Shown here: positions 38,389-51,735 of the stretch, piece after piece
How the letters are laid out: the number at the start of each line of letters is the position of its first letter
How positions within the stretch are numbered: position 1 is the first letter of the stretch
Origin: Spironucleus salmonicida
Lineage: Eukaryota
NCBI RefSeq assembly: GCF_000497125.1
Contig: NC_090604.1
Span: 62,001-126,000 of the forward strand
DNA length: 64,000 bases
Direction of reading: 5' to 3'
Translations under genes and position numbers: made by a program
The notes under the pieces: generated by a model
Databases searched by the model: none
Told to the model about the DNA's origin: nothing
The model's input: the letters and a program-made list of their open reading frames with translations, nothing else

Positions 38389-39297
38389 TCAGAGTTCATC
38401 CTTCTTAGCAATAAGAGTTCTTGCGAACTCAATGAATTAGTCGGCTGAGTCAAATTCTTCAGACTTGTGGTCGCCTTCTTTGATAACACCAATGACGCTA
38501 GGGAAGTCAACAACCTTGAAAGTGTTTTCGAGATATTATTTCCATCTGTTAGAATCAACAAAGCAGAAGTTAACCTTGGAAACTAAATCATCACCTTTCA
38601 TAACCAAATCCTTAACCTTAGTTTCGATTTCCTTGATGAGCTTGGCATGTTTGGCCTTATCAGCAGCAAACTTAACCATAACCTTAGAAGAAAGAGTAGC
38701 ATAAGTATCAGGACCGAGCTCGGGGAAGAAGGGGAGCTTGTTGGAAGATATGAACTTGTCAACGGCAGCATAAGAGAAGGTAGAGGTGGTGAAAATTTCA
38801 CCATCACGGAAAGCCTTGACCATTCTGTCACCCTTAATGCAGAAAAGTTTAACCTTACCCTTGAAAGGCTCGAAATATTTCTCGTCTTTTATGGCATCAG
38901 GAGTAGAAACTAAGAAGGCAATGGGGTGCTTCTTGATGTTTTCCATAGCTTCGGCTTCAGGGATATAGGTAAGAGTAGGTAAGAGCATGGATTCAGCCCA
39001 AACTTTGATGGATTCAGCATTACGTTCGCCGTCAAACTCATAAACAGACTCGCCAGAAATGAGTTTGATAGCAGGGAAACCGGAAACACCGAAATCACCA
39101 CAGATAGACTTCTCCTCATCACAGTTAACTTCAGTAACTGGGATAGTGATATCAGTCTCAGAGAGCTTTTCCCACTCGGGAGCAAGAGATTTGCAGTGAC
39201 CGCACCATGGGGCGTAAAACTTAACAAGCTTCAAGTCGTAGTTTTTGATGTTGTCATTAGTGAGGTTGATGACCTCAGCAAGCAGGATGGCAAGCAT
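38389..39297 (-). CDS. PDI: Protein disulfide isomerase, single active domain, 302 aa
   Basis: Hydrophobic N-terminus, FYAPWCGHCK; extends through TAA TAA to ...AKKDEL-stop. Confidence 0.95.
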
Positions 39298-40091
39298 TTA
39301 AAGGAAGGGTAGATTCTGTGGAGTGTAAAAATTCATTTATTTTATTATTTATTCTATATAATAATGATATATTAAACTATTAAACGTTAATTGACGAAGG
39401 GAAGTTTTATAATATAAAATATATTATGAAATAATAATTGAATCGGTTTATTTGTTTTCAAATAATATTTTATAGTCATATTAGTAACGTATAGATACAA
39501 AAAATAATAATATATTATGCTTATATTATACAAATATAATGTTATAAAATTAGATTCTAAAATGTAATATAGATTCCGGCCTATAAAACTATTATTCTAT
39601 ATTGTGCCTATAATAGCGACATTCCATTCTGTTAAAAAAGGTTTTTATCATCTTCTGTTCGTTCAAATATTATTAAATATGTACCACATTAGTTAATTTA
39701 GACTTCCAAAATTCTCTAAGTCGTCGAGCGGGATTCTTTTTATTGTTATACTTTGTTCATCAGTTTTGGGAAATAAATTCTGGAACTATGTTAACAAGGG
39801 AATTTTACTATTTGTCATTGCAAATAATATTATCGACTGAGATTTAGTTCAATTCAGTTTTAAGACTAATTATACTAACAAATCTTTTGCTAACTCATCT
39901 TACGCTTTTTAGCGTTATAATTTACATATATGAAATATTTCTTATTTTAATAGGGAATAATTTTTTTTGATTCATGTTATTTTAAATAAATTCTTTCATA
40001 GTTTAGTGTTATTCTAAATAGAATTTAATTTTTATATGAAAGTTTACCTATAATATTCATCAAAATTTATTAAAAGGAAAAATCAAAATCT

Positions 40092-41528
40092 TCACTTTTA
40101 TTAAACTTCATAAAAATAACTACCTTCTTAAATCACGATACCATCAATACACTATATAAGTTTTTAAGGGTCTGAAACTCTTAATAATATCTCCTCCTTG
40201 TCCGAATTTAAAGATTGCATCATTTTAGCTCTTAGTTTATAAATGAGCTTATTCTCACACTAAATTTTATACTTTTAGTTAATTCGAATTTATAGTAATT
40301 CATTATCTAAATAAATAGAATCTTTTTCAATAAGTTCAATTTTTTCATTTATTTTAATGTACAGATTGGCATTAGAACATAAAATATTAATTTTTTACTA
40401 CTCTGGAATTTCGTCTCTGTATTGAATTTCTGAAATATCTTCAAAGTAGTTCAACTCCTAATCATTAATAACCGCGGAATGAGAGGTTGGTATTTAGTTA
40501 AATATAAGCTTACTAGGTTGCAGTAATTCTTTTTCAATAAATAATGGACTGTTTGAAACCTAGTCTTCTTCTTATTAATGTTGCAGATATAATTTTAAAG
40601 AAGGTGATTTTTATTATAATTCGGTGAATTTATTTATGACTTCTTAATTATGTTTTAGTTACTCATTGACTTAACTATCAAGTAAGTTTAGTGATTTTGG
40701 TGTCGGTGATCTAGGTGGGTTTTTAACCTAAAACACCTCCTCCTAATCAGAATCTGTTTTATTTTAAATATCACTGACTTATTCTTCAATTATACTTCGT
40801 ATAACGGAATTTGATTTTAAAACATGATCCTATTTATGTTCCAAACTAACATTTTAGTGACCATCATATATTTCATCTTAGGATAACTAAATTGAGTATT
40901 AGGCAGACCCCTGATGTTATATATGGCTTACTAAGGTATTATGGTTAGACTTATCATGTTATATTTCTTATAACTAATTAGAGATTTCAGTGTTTGGTTT
41001 CGAGTTTTCTTCAAAAATAGCAAAATCTTCCTCTAGCTATTAAAGATGACCGCTCATTCCACTTTTTGTTACCTATGCATCTGATATGTTTGTATTCTCT
41101 ATAATTAAATCTTCTTATAACAGATGAGCAGTATTTTATTCTATACTTATAGGTTCTTGCTACTATTGTTCACATTCTATAACAGAACCATCTTTATGAC
41201 TTTAGATTTCTTATTAAGAGGAGATACTACTTTCCATGGTTAAAATTTAATCTTCTTTTGAATTTTCACATTCTCTTACATATTACTCATTAATAATATT
41301 CTCGCCTTAATCCAAAGCTACAACTTCTATATCTTTGCTTTAACTTCCAATATCTCCTAAAAACTCAGTTTAGCTAGAAATTGTCGGTGCTTAAAAATCA
41401 TTTAAATCAATTTCCTCTACACATTTTACTTCTTCTGTGGAGTTAATAGAATATTCAAAGAGATCAGACTATATCGACATAGAGGGAGATGGAATCTGCT
41501 ATTTTGCTGCGCAGCAAAGTTTAAACAT
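40092..41528 (-). CDS. Hypothetical acidic, Q/E/S-rich protein, 478 aa
   Basis: ccaaaaATG MFKLCCAAKQQIPSPSM... with in-frame end ...SYFYEVQQK, AAGTGA. Confidence 0.75.
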
Positions 41529-41912
41529 TTTTGGAAATTTGTCTATTTATTTTTTATATATAATATTGGTATAATGAGGACTTTGTAAAAATAATATATA
41601 TCATATAATATATAAATAATAATATAGTAACTTATTTTAAACAGTCAGCTCTTAAAAAATAAATAAATAAAAAAGAATTTATATTGTGTTAATGTCAAAC
41701 AACTATAAGGGATTTAAATAATTAAGGTTAAAGGAAGATACAGCTAAGAAGATATCATTGTCTCTTAACATTTATAATATTTAAATTTATATTGCAATTT
41801 ATTCCACTCTTAAAAACGTAATATATTCATATTATGATATAAAATAATAAGTTTATTTGATAAAACTATTATATAGCTTAATAAATATATATTTATTAGA
41901 TACGATATTATT

Positions 41913-41925
41913 ACTTTTCCGCAAA
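41913..41925 (+). promoter_or_regulatory. Example of the C-rich TCC(G/A)C motif immediately upstream of start codons
   Basis: ttttccgcaaaATG. Similar motifs precede ATGs at 3360, 6400, 10880, 17085, 17614, 27433, 29053, 38039, 39297, 44486, 50835 and 53944. Confidence 0.7.
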
Positions 41926-42309
41926 ATGGCATTTAAGTAACTTACCAGTCTTAACTTGCTTTAGGGAAAAGTTGATACAACTAAACCAATATTATTAATG
42001 TATTTCTCTACTTACTGCCCTCTTTCTCGTAAAATAGTTGATAATGTCATCGCCAAAGATATTCCTAACTGTGAAAAAGTATTCATTGCTTGTGAAACTC
42101 CTAAATAGGTTGCCTAATATATTTAAAAATACCCCAAAGAAGCATTTGCAGTTGATCAAGACGATCTTTTCAGATCCTTCTTGTATAACAATGTCCCTAA
42201 ATTAGCCACTAATTATTATATCTTCCTCTTAAAGGACGGAAATGTTCTCTGGAAGGGTGTCCCAGAAAGTGGTGAATTCAATCATAGCATGTAAAAGATT
42301 CTTGGCTGA
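41926..42309 (+). CDS. Thioredoxin-fold (TlpA/redoxin-like) protein with CXXS site, 127 aa
   Basis: ttccgcaaaATG; KPILLMYFSTYCPLS, FAVDQD and IFLLKDGNVLWKG match the redoxin pattern. Confidence 0.8.
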
Positions 42310-43380
42310 TTTTATTTATCACCTTTATAATACTTAGTAGTCATATTTATTACTTATTTTCAGTGGTTTTTACTTATTAAATATATCGTCTACTATATCA
42401 GTATTGTTAACGAAGAATATAGATAAAAAATAAAAATGAAGTCATTTTACCCATAGTTTCACTATGTTTTACGCACAATCTATTTATGTAATTTCATAGT
42501 ACATTATTTTAAATATTTAAATTCAGCGTTATATAACAACAATATTAGTAATATGGATACTGAACAGTATAACTAGCCTCTAATAAATTAAATTTTAGAC
42601 CTAATAAAAGCAGATGAATATTTATAAGATCATAAAGCTTTGAATTTTAATTTTTAAAGCACCAATAATTATAAAACATATAACTTCATCTTAATAAATA
42701 TAATTTAATATAATGAATTATGGGAAATATTCAAATATGATCAATTTCTGAATAACTTCCATTAACTATGATACCAGTATTCAGAATTTGAGAGCATATT
42801 ATAGGTGAGCTAATTGGATCATTTTTATCTAAACTAGATAGCATATTGCCATAAGGATCAAGTAACAGATAATCATTTTTTCTTAAACAAATTTTGAACA
42901 TTTTTGGCAATGAATACATTGCATATAATATTATAATAAAAACATTCTATCGTTGTAATAACTTGGTTAATTCACTATTTAAAAACATAAATTTTAGAAA
43001 ATCAATTGAGAATATACCAAAGATAAAATATAAATTATATATAAGAAAAAACAGAATTAATAAGTTTAAACCCAAATATAATTCTATAATGGTTAAACTA
43101 TCTACTGTAGTTAATAAAATATTAATTATTATCCAATATTCTATAATATAAATTTGAATAAAAATCAATAGGTAAAATAAAGTAATGATACATATGTTAA
43201 TGTCAAATATTTTAAAATATCGGTTTTCTAAATTTAATTATATTTATATTAACAATACAATGGCCAAATATCAGTATTGAAAACAGATATATATTTACTA
43301 CAATTCGATGTTATACAAATAAATACCTAAACCAGTAAATTTAGAAAATGCAGAAAACCTAATCTACTTTTTTACTAGAC

Positions 43381-43869
43381 ATGAGCCCTGACGCCAGAAA
43401 ATCTGGTAATTCAAAAATGTTCGCATTTAACACATTAAATCATACTAGTAGTTCGCAAAAGTTATTTCTAGCAGTGGATGAAATCAAAGAGTAAAGTGTT
43501 TCACCCGTCTAGTCGTATAGCGATATATTATCTTTCTTTGATCAAATAGAGCCAGATATTGATCCTATAGATGTTAAGAAAAACGAAATAGAATAAAAAT
43601 TAACTAATATTAAAAATATGTTAACTAATCAATAAATTGGACAAATAGAAATTCTACAGGAATAATTAGATACCTAGTAACAATAAATTAATGCAAATTA
43701 GTAAAACTTATTATAAATTAAGAATTAAATGGTTATGATTACAAATAACATAAATTAGTTGCTTTAAGATCAGTAGATGATGAAATTGACAGTATTGGAC
43801 CAAAAAAATATGATCTTGAATTAAAAACTAACGTAGATGTAATCTACCGTGATGTAAGGAAGACAGTGA
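43381..43869 (+). CDS. Hypothetical coiled-coil protein, 162 aa (zipper-module family)
   Basis: MSPDARKSGNSK...KLTVLDQKNMILNQKLTQMQSTVMQGRQ, ends CAGTGA. Confidence 0.75.
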
Positions 43870-44485
43870 GAAGCAAGTTTTACATTATTTAAAAATTTAT
43901 TTTTTATCGAATCTTTGCAAATTATATGGATTGTAATTTTATCTAATGTAAACTATATATTGATTTTCAAATAAATTTTATCATAATTGTTAATTAAACT
44001 AGAATTTAAGCTTTGTGCATAAAATTTCGTTTCAAATTTTAAGGGTTTGCCCTTATCTTATCCTAATTTTTTAATTAATTATTTTTTTAATGCTAAAAAT
44101 TATGTATAAAGAGCAACTAATATTTTTACTGAAATTAATAAAAACTTAATATATCTGAACTAATTTACTTGTACTTTTATGATTAAATCAACTAAAAGAT
44201 AAATTAATATCACTTTTTAGCTTAACCTAAAACCTATAAAATATTAAATATACAATTATTGATAATATTATTTTATATATTATCAGCATATACGTAACTA
44301 TAGCTTTAATTCCCAGTGACATATCATAAATTTTTTATGTTATATAATATATAATGTTAAATTAAAGAAACTCAATTATACTTATATTAATTATTATATT
44401 TAATTATATAACCTTGTATTTACTAATATAATTAATATATGATTTATACCTATAATTTTATGTCCACTCCACTTTAAATTTAGTC

Positions 44486-46045
44486 ATGGATGACGACCAT
44501 TACGTTAAACCGGCCAGTCCCGCTCCCTAAAACAAAAAAGGAGTAGGAATACTCGGTCTCACAACTATGCTATATTTCCTAGTGACGTCTGGACCATTTG
44601 GGATCGAGCCAACGGTCCAAGCAGCAGGCCTTTTCTGGGCTGTAGTTGGCGTCATTATTATTCCACTTTTAGTCTCTTTGCCACAGGGAGTCATTTACTC
44701 GGAAATGTCTTCGTTTTTCCCGTTCATGGGGAGCACAATAATGTGGGGACAGTCGACTGCGAATATTGCAAAAACTAACATGCAAAACGACGCATCCATA
44801 AAGAATAAGATAAAATTTGGATCCCTGCAGTTCCTCTCCCATCTGAACGCTCATACTCTTTTGCTCAAAGCGATGTTTGACAACGCCATGTACCCAGCCA
44901 TGTTCTGCGACTATGTAGCAATCTTATGGCCTGGCATCGATAAGCCATATTTCAGGGTACTCGTGGCGTTTGTGCAGTTTGTTTTCGTCGGTATTTTGAA
45001 TTTGTACGGCCTCGACGTTGCTGGAATCGCGCAGTATGTTATTGGCGTCCTCATCCTTTCTCCGATTGTTATTTTTGTGTTACTTTCCCTGAACAGCTGG
45101 AATTTTGAGCATTTTTCAATTGCTAACACTCCCCAAAATCCGGATTTTCAGACTCTCATTTCGACTATTATCTGGTGCTGCACAGGCTTTGACCAGGCCA
45201 CAAACATCAGCTCAGAGGTCATAAAGCCCAGCAGGACCTATCCTATCTCTTACTTAAATTGCGTAATTCTCATGATTTTGACGTATTTATTCCCACTTTT
45301 GGCAGCTGGGATGATGCAACAAGATACTGAATTGTATGTAAATGGAGCGTTTGCTTCGATTTCACAAAAGTTGATATTTTGTGGGAACGGATGGCTGAGC
45401 TACTGGCTAGTGTTTTCAGGCGCTTTTTCTTCATTGACCATTTTGAACTGCTGTGTGAGCTCTACTAGCAGGGAGGTCTATCAAAACGCAAAATAGGGTC
45501 TGCTTCCATTTGGAAGGTGGGTTGGAGTATTAAAATGTTTCAAAAAAAATACTGACGTTAATGATTTTAATATCACGGAATCAGAAGCGGATAAGTTCGG
45601 AATGGTTCCGCATTTTGGGATTTTAGCAGTGTCAATTGTGCCTACATTACTTCTTATTTTTGACTACGAGTTTCTTATTTAATGTGACGCTATTTTAATC
45701 ATTGTAGCTATGTTCTTCAATATTATCTTTTACGTTATAGCGAAGCATGGAAAAGATGGATTTTTGCGCTAAAATAAATTTAGATAAGATATATTTTTGA
45801 TGAAAGGTGGTATTTATTCGACGATTTTAATTATTTTATGTCCATTGGCCGTGGGATTCGCTTTGCTTTATTTTGAGGGTGGAATGCTTATGTTTTACTG
45901 GGTTGTAGGAATGGTTATTTTGATGACGTTTTCAGGACTGTATGCACTAATTTAGAAATGGTAATCTTAGAAGGCACACCGTGCTTCTAATTATGACTAT
46001 CTTGACACACGGAACTAATCAGAAATGATTAGTTCTGCCTTGTGA
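44486..46045 (+). CDS. APC-superfamily amino acid/polyamine permease, 519 aa
   Basis: tccactccac upstream; SGPFGIE motif as in LAT/PUT-type polyamine transporters, EMSS.FP, GFDQA...SEVIKPSRTYP; many TM segments. Confidence 0.92.
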
Positions 46046-49000
46046 TGGGGGTATAATTGGGGTTTATTATTTATGATGTTTCTAACAGAAACTTATTTAT
46101 ATGGTGTTGTATCACTTTCTATTTATTATTATATTATTTTGTTGTAAATTATGTATTATACTATGTCGTTTAACTTGATTTGGCTATTTCAAAATAATCT
46201 TATAATATATTTTGATTAGTTATTATAGTATTATATTACCATTTCCAGAAAATCTTATAACTTTACTATTTTGTATAACTAAATTTATTCTTATTTTGAG
46301 TATGTCAATGATTATATTATGATGTATCATTGTAAAGCTCAAGACCAGTAAACAGAAGTACATTGTATTTTTTACTTTAAAAATAATTGAATAATTGATA
46401 ATTATTATACTTATAATATTATTTGATATCTAAAGCCTTTATAGAATTTAAGATAATTTCAGTGTAAAGTAAATATTATATAGATTTGTCAGTACTTTAG
46501 TTTCTTAATATTAAAAAAAAATAAATCATTTCAGGTATCTCATAAAACTAACATTTGTCATAAATAAATGTAGTTATTACTCAGACTTAGTGGCATTCGG
46601 TCTATCTTCTAGGAAATTCTGTTATTTATAAACTCTAAAGTCATACTAAGGCATAAAAATTTATCACAAAATGTTAAAATATTGTATAAGTATTGAAACT
46701 GATTACAACATATTTATATTATTCACCCCAGCTTGAAATTACTACCAGAGAATACAAAATTAAATAAACATATTTTATATATTATATAAATAATCATTTA
46801 GTAACCTAACTTTCCATGTAAATCCAAAATAACCAGCACCTACAAATAACACAAATCTCCTTACCTACTTACATTATTATTACCTAATCCCATTTAAACC
46901 TAATCTTTTCAGTACATAACTACTCAATTCGTTATCAACCTAAAATTACCCATAAAGTTAAAAAAATATAACAATAATTATATCATATAATATTCACTTT
47001 TAACCACTTTCCTCAACAAATCCCGTATGCGTCCCTACTAAACTCACAAAACTGTATTTAAAACCTATTTTCACCCGCCTTCAATCAATATACTCCAAAT
47101 TCCCACACTCTGCAGCTCTAGTTTTTTCTTACAAAACTTACATTATTATATACTCAAAATACATTATCAGTTATTTCTTAAGATGCAAATTATACACTTA
47201 CGCAAATTACTTGCTACCTAATTTGCTAACAAATTCTCGCTGACCCGACTGAATTTTCTCTAAAGGTGAAAACTTTAACTAAAAATTTTTCATTTTCGCC
47301 GGTGAAATTCTGAAATTCTTTGCCCAAAACGACTGAAAAACGCTAAAATTCGACGTTTTCATTGAATTTTGCGACTTGAAATTTTGACTCCTCGTAGAAT
47401 TTTGCGATCTGCTAAGCAGCAAATTCCGGAATTTGGCGGGCAAAAACCGTTTGTTTATATTATAAAAAGATATAATAATTAGTAATTGTATACTGTTTAA
47501 AAAAAACTAAATTGAGGAAGCACGATGTTTGATAAAAGTAGCTGAAAGGTCTCCAATGGGCTTCTTTAGGTTTTAAATAAAGAATAAATTGCTTATATCA
47601 GCGTAGAATTTAAATTTGGTGATATAAGGGAATTCTGCCTTGACAAGAACTAAGTATGAGTGGGTAAGCTAATAATGATATAGTAGATTTACTCAATTTA
47701 AAAGTTTAAGTATTAAGCGAAATTGCACCGTTCTAGTCTAAACTTTCACTCCTGTGTTAGTTATTTGATTGTGTCTAAAGTAAAATAGTTTTAGTGATAT
47801 TTCTGCAGCTCTAATTTGAATAAGCAATTTCTGGATCAGGAAATTACGATTTTTTATCGGGAAGAACTGCATATTTAGCTTAAATTTTTAGATCCTTTCG
47901 TTAATCAGGGTTTGGTTTTAATTTTTAGTATTTGACAATTTTTATGATTCTTTGGTGATAATATTCAGCTAAATTATTATCATATTTATGTCAGTTCTGT
48001 CTGTAATTGATGTGATATTAAGAGGGTTAGATTATATGGCATATATAAGGGCGTATTGCGACCAATATAACTAAGGTAAACATTTGTGTATGACATAATG
48101 CAATATATTGTGATGAGACTTAATAATTTTGTCTGTATAAATACATAAACTGAACAAAATGTGCAAGTTCTTCATTTTTACTATTAAATCAACTTAGTTT
48201 ACGAGTAATTATACTATAATACAGATTGTACATTGTAACATTCTTTATTCAATAACATATTGCTTTTAGTTGATTTGGATAAATTGTGGGTTATACTTTT
48301 TTATCTCATGAAAGAAGCTTATTAGTAATACTAAAAAATATTCAGTTGACCATAATTAATAATTATTAGCGAATAATGTTATAAAATAACTTAAAATACA
48401 TGATTTATACTAATGTAGTAAATCTTTATTTGATCTATTAGCGAAACTTGTTTATAACATTTGATATGTATTTTACTATTTACTAATTTGAAAATCCAAC
48501 TTAATATATAGGTTTCATTCTTAAATAGTGCTATTAGCGTCATAAGTAATTGATCAATTCTAATTTATGGCTATGCGTATTAATTATCTATAAAAATTAT
48601 TATAATTTTTAATAATATTAGTTGATACATTTTGTGTGTAAGCATCAAATTTTTCCGATTAAAATCTAAAAAAACTACGCTATAAGAATATTTATACACA
48701 GATAAAATTTTGTTTTTAAAAAAGTGTTAAAAAATATTTTGTATCTAAATTATACTATTTCATCTTCGATATCGGCTAAATAGCCTAAGTTGGTGATTTA
48801 TATAAAAATTATAAGAAAAATAATTAACAGTTAATATTATTTTTCTAATAAAATCTCTATTCCCAATATTTTATTTGCAATTTAAAAAACATAAATAAAA
48901 TGATTTAATATTCATTCAAATAGATTAGATTTATAGTTTATTGAGATTATTATTAGCATACTTTTATTTAATCTATAATTATAGAGAAATGTGAAATAAA

Positions 49001-49488
49001 ACGATTTGGAACTAGATATATTGGTATTTATACGTGTATAAATAGTATTGATAATTATACTTGGTCAACTTAATGTATGATTCGATTAGCGTATCCGAAT
49101 TGGTAGTAATACAGCTCCAGTTAAGTCAAAAAATAATGTGTGATAACAGTTAGTTTTTTGTTTTTTTGTATTATTGCTGATACAAATATAATATTAAATA
49201 GTTATTAAAAATTTATAATGGATATTGAAATAGTGTATGAAAATATTATTGATGTTAGAGTTAATTTTTAGTAAGTTAAAAGGACTAAGACTTAGTTATA
49301 TTTAATGTTAATATATTTTAAACTTTTAATAGTTTCAAGACAATCTTTGTAATTAATGATTTGACATAACTTATGATTTCATTTAGAGAAATTATTATTA
49401 ACATATTTAAATTTATTTATAAGTATAAAATTAAAGTTTAGTAATGCAGTACGATAAAAGTTATAAATAAAGCTTTAAAGTAGATTCT

Positions 49489-50835
49489 TCACTCAGCAGT
49501 CATAACGCCAGAGCCGAACCTGACCTCGGAGCCCTTCTCGGCTTCGCTGCTCGCAGCGGGTGCAGAGCCGGTAAGGATCATCTGGATTTCCTCCTGGGTC
49601 TTGCCCTTCGTTTCAGGGGTGGTAAAGAGCAATACAGCGGTTGTGACTCCCATGACGATCAAATATGTAACGAAGGGAGACCATGCGGCAGCGTTGGTAA
49701 GAATTGGGAAGAGAACGACGACAAAGATGTTGGGGATGTAGTTGAAGCTGAGCAGGATTGAGGATAGGAGGGACTTGGCTTCAACGGGGAAGAGCTCGGA
49801 GGCGAAGACGAAGAAGATGGGACCGGGACCAACTTCGAATCCAATGATGAATATAACAGAAGCTGTAATGAGAAGGGCGGTGTTAGAGGTGGGGAGGATG
49901 TAGTTGATCATGAGAGCAACCTGTGCAGCGAAACAGACACCGACACCGCCGAAGAGAAGGATCTTGCGGCCGAGCTTCTCGATGAAGGCGAGGGCGCCGA
50001 GGGTAGCCACAAAGTTGACACCGTTGATAATGATGGAACCGAATACGGAAGACAAAGGATGGGTAGTGCCATCTGCATTCTTGAAGGTCTCCTTGAAGGT
50101 CTCAGTGGAATAGACGATAACGGCGTTGATACCGGTGCACTGCTGGTTGAGGCCGAGCATGACAGAGAGGATGAGGACCTTGAAGTACTTCTTCTCCTTG
50201 AACAAAAGCATGGGAGAGATTTCCTTCTCCTCTCTGGGCTTGACGTCAGGTACAAAGAAGAGCAAGACAAAGCCCATGAGAGGCCAGATCAGGGTGACGA
50301 TGAAGTTGATCCACCAACCGTTATAAGTATCTTGATAAGTACGGATGGCAAGTAAGACTAAGGAGGCAACCAAGATCCCAAGGGTGACGTTGAATTGGAA
50401 CATGACACCGAGGAGACCTCTCTTGCTGGCCTCAGCGTGCTCACCCACGATGATGATGCTGGGCTGCTAGAACAATACAACGAAGTAGCCTGCAAAAAGC
50501 CTCATAACCAGCCAGTAATAGACATTGAAAGGGATGCAGAGGAGAACATTGAAGATGGCAGCACCAGCAGCACCGACTAAGCCGGTCTTCTTGTAGCCTA
50601 GCCAGCTGACAATAGGAGCGAAGGTGAGAGAAGCTAAGAGGAAGCCTACCAGGGAGGCGATAGAGAGATAGGGTAGTAAAGTTTGCACGTCACCATCAGC
50701 GGCTGCAAAATTAGCTGAAGTGCCAATAGCCATATAGTAAAGTTTTATGATGTCAGAAGAAAAGTTTGCAATGGTGAAGCCGAGCGTCTCGGCGGCAAGC
50801 GATTGGATTGCGAACAGGATTCCGAATGAAACCAT
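49489..50835 (-). CDS. MFS sugar (hexose) transporter, 448 aa
   Basis: QQCTGINAV, EKLGRK, GPGPIFF...SELFP and PETKGKT sugar-porter motifs; two track fragments join through TAG. Confidence 0.95.
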
Positions 50836-51459
50836 TTTGATGGAAAGATCTAAAATTTATAAATTAGGTAATCTTTGCCTTTCACATAGAGTAATGTGAT
50901 AGACGTAAAAATTACACTTAATATAAGTATTTGTTATTAAATACATTAGAGATATTATCGTTAGTTACAATACTTTTAAAAACTCATAAATTCTTGAAAT
51001 TAGTACATTTTAATACGTACCTAAAAATTCCTGAAAAAATAATAAACTATAATAAATAACTAAATATTAATAAATATGAAAACCAGATAAAACTAATTTT
51101 TAATTGTTAAAAAATAATTTTGTATATATATTAAAGCTAAAATAACTAATGAAAATTGTAAAATTATCTTAAAAATAGAAGATTGTAGTATTGTCATAAT
51201 AAATAATTTTATGTTAATGTGTAGATTACATAAATATATAAAATATCAACAAACATGTTGTAATTATATAATTTTCTTAGCCATTTTATACTGAATTATA
51301 TTAATAATGAATATAAACGTTAAATAAATTAACTTTTTCTATTCATTTATAAAAATATTAAATAGATCCAGTTATTCAAACTAATCAGAAAATATTTTTT
51401 TAATATTCAATTATATAATTCACTAATAAAACTCATTTATTTGTTAGTAAATTTTTATA

Positions 51460-51735
51460 ATGAGCAACTACCGTTGGACTGAAGCAGATAAAACTATTTT
51501 ATGGAATGCGGTTAATGATTAGGGAAATTAATGGTTGAACATTTAAAAATTGTACTTTTCATAATTATCGGTAAACTAAGTCAAGTTTAAATTTTATTAC
51601 ATGAAAAGAAAGTTGGAAAATAAATCAGATCGCACAGATGATATAAAAGAGTTCATAGTTAACGAAAATGAGGTTCAATAAAAATCTAAATGTGACCTCA
51701 TAAATGATTTAATTGTCATTCTAGCTAATGAGTGA
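51460..51735 (+). CDS. Single-repeat Myb/SANT DNA-binding protein, 91 aa
   Basis: RWTEADKTILWNAVNDQGNQWLNIQKLYFPQLSVNQVKFKFY, ends GAGTGA. Confidence 0.88.

Noticed and set aside
37863-42309. Redox gene cluster (ferredoxin, PDI, CXXS protein)
   Set aside because: The genes likely act in different compartments, are on different strands and are interrupted by an unrelated gene; no evidence beyond proximity.
42731-43270. Hydrophobic minus-strand frame resembling a membrane protein
   Set aside because: No upstream ATG in frame, and AT-rich DNA gives I/L/F/Y-rich translations by default.
47080-48042. Minus-strand reading frames with an in-frame TGA at 47693 and an ACTAACACAG branch-point-like motif at ~47752
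   Set aside because: There is no matching GTATGT donor, no recognisable product and no SECIS evidence. With only one stop codon, 100-200 codon frames arise by chance.
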